DNA from: the human T2T-CHM13v2.0 reference genome, Homo sapiens
Reading direction: 5' to 3' (one strand)
Assembly (NCBI RefSeq): GCF_009914755.1
Contig: NC_060932.1
DNA: 64,000 nt
In this document: positions 59,009 to 64,000 of the stretch, one piece after another
Position numbering within the stretch: position 1 is the first letter of the stretch
How the letters are laid out: every line of letters begins with the position of its first letter
The notes under the pieces: model-generated
Databases searched by the model: none
What the model saw: the letters and a program-made list of their open reading frames with translations, nothing else
Told to the model about the DNA's origin: nothing
Program-made: the position numbers and the translations under genes

Positions 59009-59260
59009 GCCAGGCGCGATGGCTCACGACTGTAATCCCAGGACTCTGGGAGGCCGAAGCAGGCAAATTACTTGAGTTCAGGAGTTTGAGACCAGCTTGG
59101 CCAACGTGGCAAAACCCCATCTCTATATAAAATACAAAACTTAGCCAGGAGTGGTGGTGTGCACATGTAATCCTAGCAGAGGTTGCAGTGAGCTGAGATC
59201 TCACTACTGCACTCTAGCCTGGGCGACAGAGCAAGACTCTGTCTGAAAAAAAAAAAAAAA
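59009..59260 (+). mobile_element. Alu with ~44-nt right-arm deletion in the TTPA 3' UTR
   Basis: TSD aaagtttctatc; junction taatcctagc|agaggttgcag. Confidence 0.88.
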
Positions 59261-59823
59261 GTTTCTATCGTGTTAATATACTAAAATAAAATTTCCCTGA
59301 GATGAAATGTCTTGCTGGTCCACAGGAATAACCATAAAACTCTATTCAGATTTTAATTATAATGAATTATAATTTAATCTGACATCCACTTAAAACAAGT
59401 GTTAATTTTTTTATCATTAGCTGACTTGTGCTAGTATTTTTAAGCGGAATATTTCTAAATTTTTTTCTAAACCAATTTAATCAGAGAACTTGTTTAAAAT
59501 ATAACTTTCTAGAAACATACAAAGATGCACATGAGCAGCTACTTTAGCAATAACTTTCATGTTCTCTTCAAGTACAAAATCGCCGATTTTTATGCTCTTA
59601 AAATGTACTGACATTTAATTACTTCAAAAGTAGAGAAAAAAGCATTTAAAAAGTAAAAAATCTTTCCAAACACCTGTGTTGCTCATGTCAGAAGATTTCT
59701 ACATTTTTAAAGTTCAGGCAAGCATTAGTTTAAAAGATTTGCTCCTTTTCTTTCATTCATTTAACCAGGTTGGATATCACTCATGTATTTTTAGTTAGGA
59801 AGCCATTCACATGACATAACTTC

Positions 59824-60078
<255 letters not shown>

Positions 60079-60492
60079 CTAATAACTTCTAAAATGGAGT
60101 GTATAAATAGATACCACATCCTTTATTCCTCTGGTTATGAATCTAATAATTTTACTTATGTTTAGGTTGTATTACTGTGGATCTAATAACCTTACTGTTT
60201 CTTGGATTTGCATTCTTATAACTGCATAAAATTTATAAAAAGTTATTTTCCTCTTTCATAAGTAAATTTTTAAAGATTAAATAAAGTTATTTTATAAATT
60301 CTATTCCCTTATGTGCAAGTGATTCTTACCAAACTAATACCTTGGGACTATTCTATACACGATAAAAATGTACTAGCTGGTACTAATTCATATTAAGTAG
60401 AAGCATATATCTGAGCACACAATTAAATCTATGAGAAACAATTTATATGGTACAGTCGATGGATACTGTTAGTTAGTATAAAGTTAAGAGAC

Positions 60493-60783
<291 letters not shown>

Positions 60784-62059
60784 TCAAATTTTAAAAAAGT
60801 ATTAAAAAACAATTATGATAGTTGAGAACCTTAACTTTTCAAATATTTTAAACTATAAAATTGATCATAGAATGCCCTGAAGTTAAGAGAAAGCCGTAGA
60901 AACTTGAACCAAAAGCATACCTGCTAAAATAAATAAATAACCTTTTTTCACTTTCTAGGGCAAAATGTTCCTCTATGTATTCAACAATCATTTAATAAGC
61001 ATCTATTATGTGCTGGGATATGAGGTTTGATGGATGAAATGAGTTTCCTATACTCACTTAGGAAACTCACAAAGCCAATCTTTAATTTTTTCTGAAATAT
61101 GTAAAATATTATCAGGTAATTGAGAAGAAATTCTATCTCCTCAGGAAGGGGCAAAATAAGAAAATGTATGGGGCATTGCCAAAAAGTTAAAAAGGAAAAA
61201 AGTGGCTGGATCAGAGTTTTTTTCTCCCTATTTTGGCAAGTCTGTTTCCCGTCAACTAACTTTCACTGACATCCTTCCCCTAACTTCTCAACTTTTTACT
61301 TTTGCTTTTTTCTCCATATTCTCCTATTTCTTAGGTTCAGTTTATTCTTGTTTTTGTTTTTATCTAAAATATTACTCAAAATAGAAATAGTTATTTTTAG
61401 ATCTCTAAGAATTAAACAGAGGGAAGCCAGATATTATCAAGTTACACTGAAGAGAGAAAAAAATGAACAAACAAAATTGATTTGTATAAAAATACTAGAA
61501 TGAAAAGTAGCTGAAAGTGGCCATTTTTGCTAAAGCAGGCAATTTAAGGGTGGTTCTTGAAGACAAACAGAAGCATCCACTGCATAACCTCTAAAGAAGC
61601 TCTAGGGTCATAACTTTCTGACCAGGTATAAGATGTTATATTTTCTTAATATGAAAGAACATCGTTTCTAAAATTCCAAATGTGCTATTACAGTTTATAT
61701 TATCACTGCTGACATTTCAGTGATTTTTTAGATTTAAACTGTTAAAACCTTTACAAATTGTTTTGTGTTCAAGGCATTAGATGATGCCAATGTTTGTCTA
61801 AATAGATGCTCTAAAAATTCTTCTTTACAGATTAGTTTAGAATGGTTGCCATTCTTGAGAACGCAGACTCTATTTTCAACCTTTCAAAAAGTCTAAGATA
61901 TATGAGATGCTTTTTCTGAGATAAGGCTCCATAGGCTAGGTAAAGAAGAAAAAATCCAGTATCTTTGCTCTAACTAGCATGACATTAAGTCATATACCTC
62001 AGTTACCGTGGTTCTCAGTTACACTGAAACCGTTAAGTAGGCTTCACTGTTTAAGAAAA

Positions 62060-62600
62060 ATGTTTATTTTTATTTGCATTAATAATAAATTCATATGGTT
62101 ACAAATCAAAACAAGATAAAAGATACACAGTGAGAGATCTTGCTCCCAAACCTATTCTCATCTACTGTAGTTCACACCTCTTCTCTTGTTCCCTATAGAT
62201 ATCCACTTATATTATTTTTTGTATATCCTTTTAATGTAAATTTATGAAATATATTCTTATTTCTCCCCTTTGTATACAAAAGGTAGCATGCCATAAACAC
62301 TATTCCACATTTTGTTTATTTCAGTTTACAAAACATCCTGCAATCTCGTTGTTTTCTGTTGTGTAGATGTTTATTTAACCAATGCCCTAATGGTGAACAC
62401 TTCCTGGTTTTCAGTCTTCTGCTGCTGTGACTCCTCTAGCATATGTAATTTTGTTTAGGTATAGGTAATTCAAGACAGTGATTTTGATGTCTTTGCCACA
62501 CTGCCCTCTATAGGAATATACCATTAAGCATTCCAACCAGCAGTGTATGAAAAGCCCAGTTACCCCACAGTCTTACAACCAATATACTTGATTTTTATAA
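62060..62600 (-). mobile_element. Old L1ME 3' fragment
   Basis: ttatttaaccaatgccctaatggtgaacac...cattccaaccagcagtgtatgaaaagcccagttacccc. Confidence 0.55.
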
Positions 62601-62669
62601 ATTAAAAGTAAATTTTAATTTACTTTTTTTTAGTTGGCTTGTTAGATAAATATTCAAAATATTGGGCTA

Positions 62670-62942
<273 letters not shown>

Positions 62943-63769
62943 CTAATGTCAAGTTTCTTCTTTGAACACTTGCTAAGCTTATGGAAATATCTAAAGTGTG
63001 TGATTTTATCTTCAAAATTATTTATTCCATCAGCACAAAAGCCTGGCTTACAGTTCACTGTCACTAGATTAAGTAAAGATCTCTAAAAAGGTTTCTCCTT
63101 ATAGATTTGGCAAAGTATTTTACAAAATATCTGCACACTTTCACCAGAAAATTCCTTTCCCATCACATATAGATGTTCTTTTAACGAACCAATGAGTCAT
63201 TTGGAAATTTATATTTAACTTTTTCCCAAAAAATGTTTATTTTGAGAAAAAAAATCACAAATATTGAAAGACTAGCACAATAAACACACACTTTTAAACT
63301 TTGACATTGGTATATGTCTTTAGCATCAAAGTAATATAGGCTTATTTAGAAAGTTTAAGAAGTTAAGAGTTGAAGGAAAAAGATGGTTTTCCTACCTACA
63401 AGTTGTATTATTAATACAGAGACCTTTCATTCCAAGGTTCTTTTATGTGAAGTTCTTTTATTTTTTTCATGCATCACTTTCAGAGATGTATTATTAATTT
63501 GGGGATTGTCCTTCCAAATCCCTTCTATGCATAATTTTCTTTTAAACATAATTGCTAATATACTTTCTAAATAATTTTCATCCCGTTGTGTTCCACTGAT
63601 ACAATACAGCTTTTGCAAATATCATGTTTTATTATTGTTGCAAGAATCCATCAAATGAATGTACATTTTTTAAGTAACCATGTTTCTATTTTCTGGACTA
63701 ATAAACTATTTATTTTACTTCTTTACTGAAATTGATGCTGCAGTAACTGTCTTTGTGTATAGGAGAAGT

Positions 63770-63995
63770 GGTGGTTATAAGCACGACTTTTACATTCAGG
63801 TGACCTGGGCTGGAATTCTCACTTCACTACTGGCAAACTGTGTGTGCCTGGGCATCGCTATGTCACTTCTCGGATATAGTTTATTAATTGTAAAGTGGGA
63901 AAATACAATAGTCATATGTCATAGGCTCAGTGTGGACATTAAAAGATAATGCATTTGAAACACTTAGCAAAGTACCTGGCACATAGTAAGCTATT
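63770..63995 (+). mobile_element. MIR SINE
   Basis: gtggtggttataagcacgac...ctgtgtgtgcctgggca...gtaaagtgggaaaat...acacttagcaaagtacctggcacatagtaag. Confidence 0.75.
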
Positions 63996-64000
63996 ATTAT

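Larger units (their letters stand above)
58050..59823 (-). other. TTPA: TTPA 3' UTR (AU-rich, contains Alu elements; distal end uncertain)
   Basis: Follows the stop codon; ATTAAA variants at ~59614, 59476, 59373, 59352 and first AATAAA at 58433-58438. Confidence 0.55.

Noticed and set aside
61995-62040. Small hairpin ggtt-ctcag-ttaca-ctga-aacc; another imperfect inverted repeat at 30920-30957
   Set aside because: Too short to exceed chance; no ncRNA hallmarks

Overview
Human genomic DNA, recognised from memory as the chr8q12.3 GGH-TTPA locus. It holds the complete minus-strand GGH gene (gamma-glutamyl hydrolase): 9 coding exons with GT-AG introns that splice to a 957-nt ORF of 318 aa, plus a CpG-island promoter at about 37.1-38.1 kb. 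It also holds the last two coding exons and 3' UTR of TTPA (alpha-tocopherol transfer protein), also on the minus strand. The rest is mostly interspersed repeats: Alus from FAM to AluYa5, L1, L2, MIR, LTR elements, HSMAR1, HSMAR2, Tigger1 and MER6B. I found no evidence for a wholly new biological system. The most interesting structures are: (1) a fossil ~1.8-kb inversion that breaks an HSMAR1 mariner inside an L1; (2) a decayed gamma-type provirus (RT plus env) interrupted by MER11 and MSTA LTRs; (3) a non-reference GGH haplotype (-401T/-124G/C6R/A31T) with the -124 site inside a ZNF143-like motif; (4) a very young AluYa5; (5) a 46-bp L1 fragment captured in the tail of an old Alu monomer, which also supplies the first canonical AATAAA after the TTPA stop. 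Repeat family names come from recalled consensus sequences, not a database search, and repeat boundaries are approximate.
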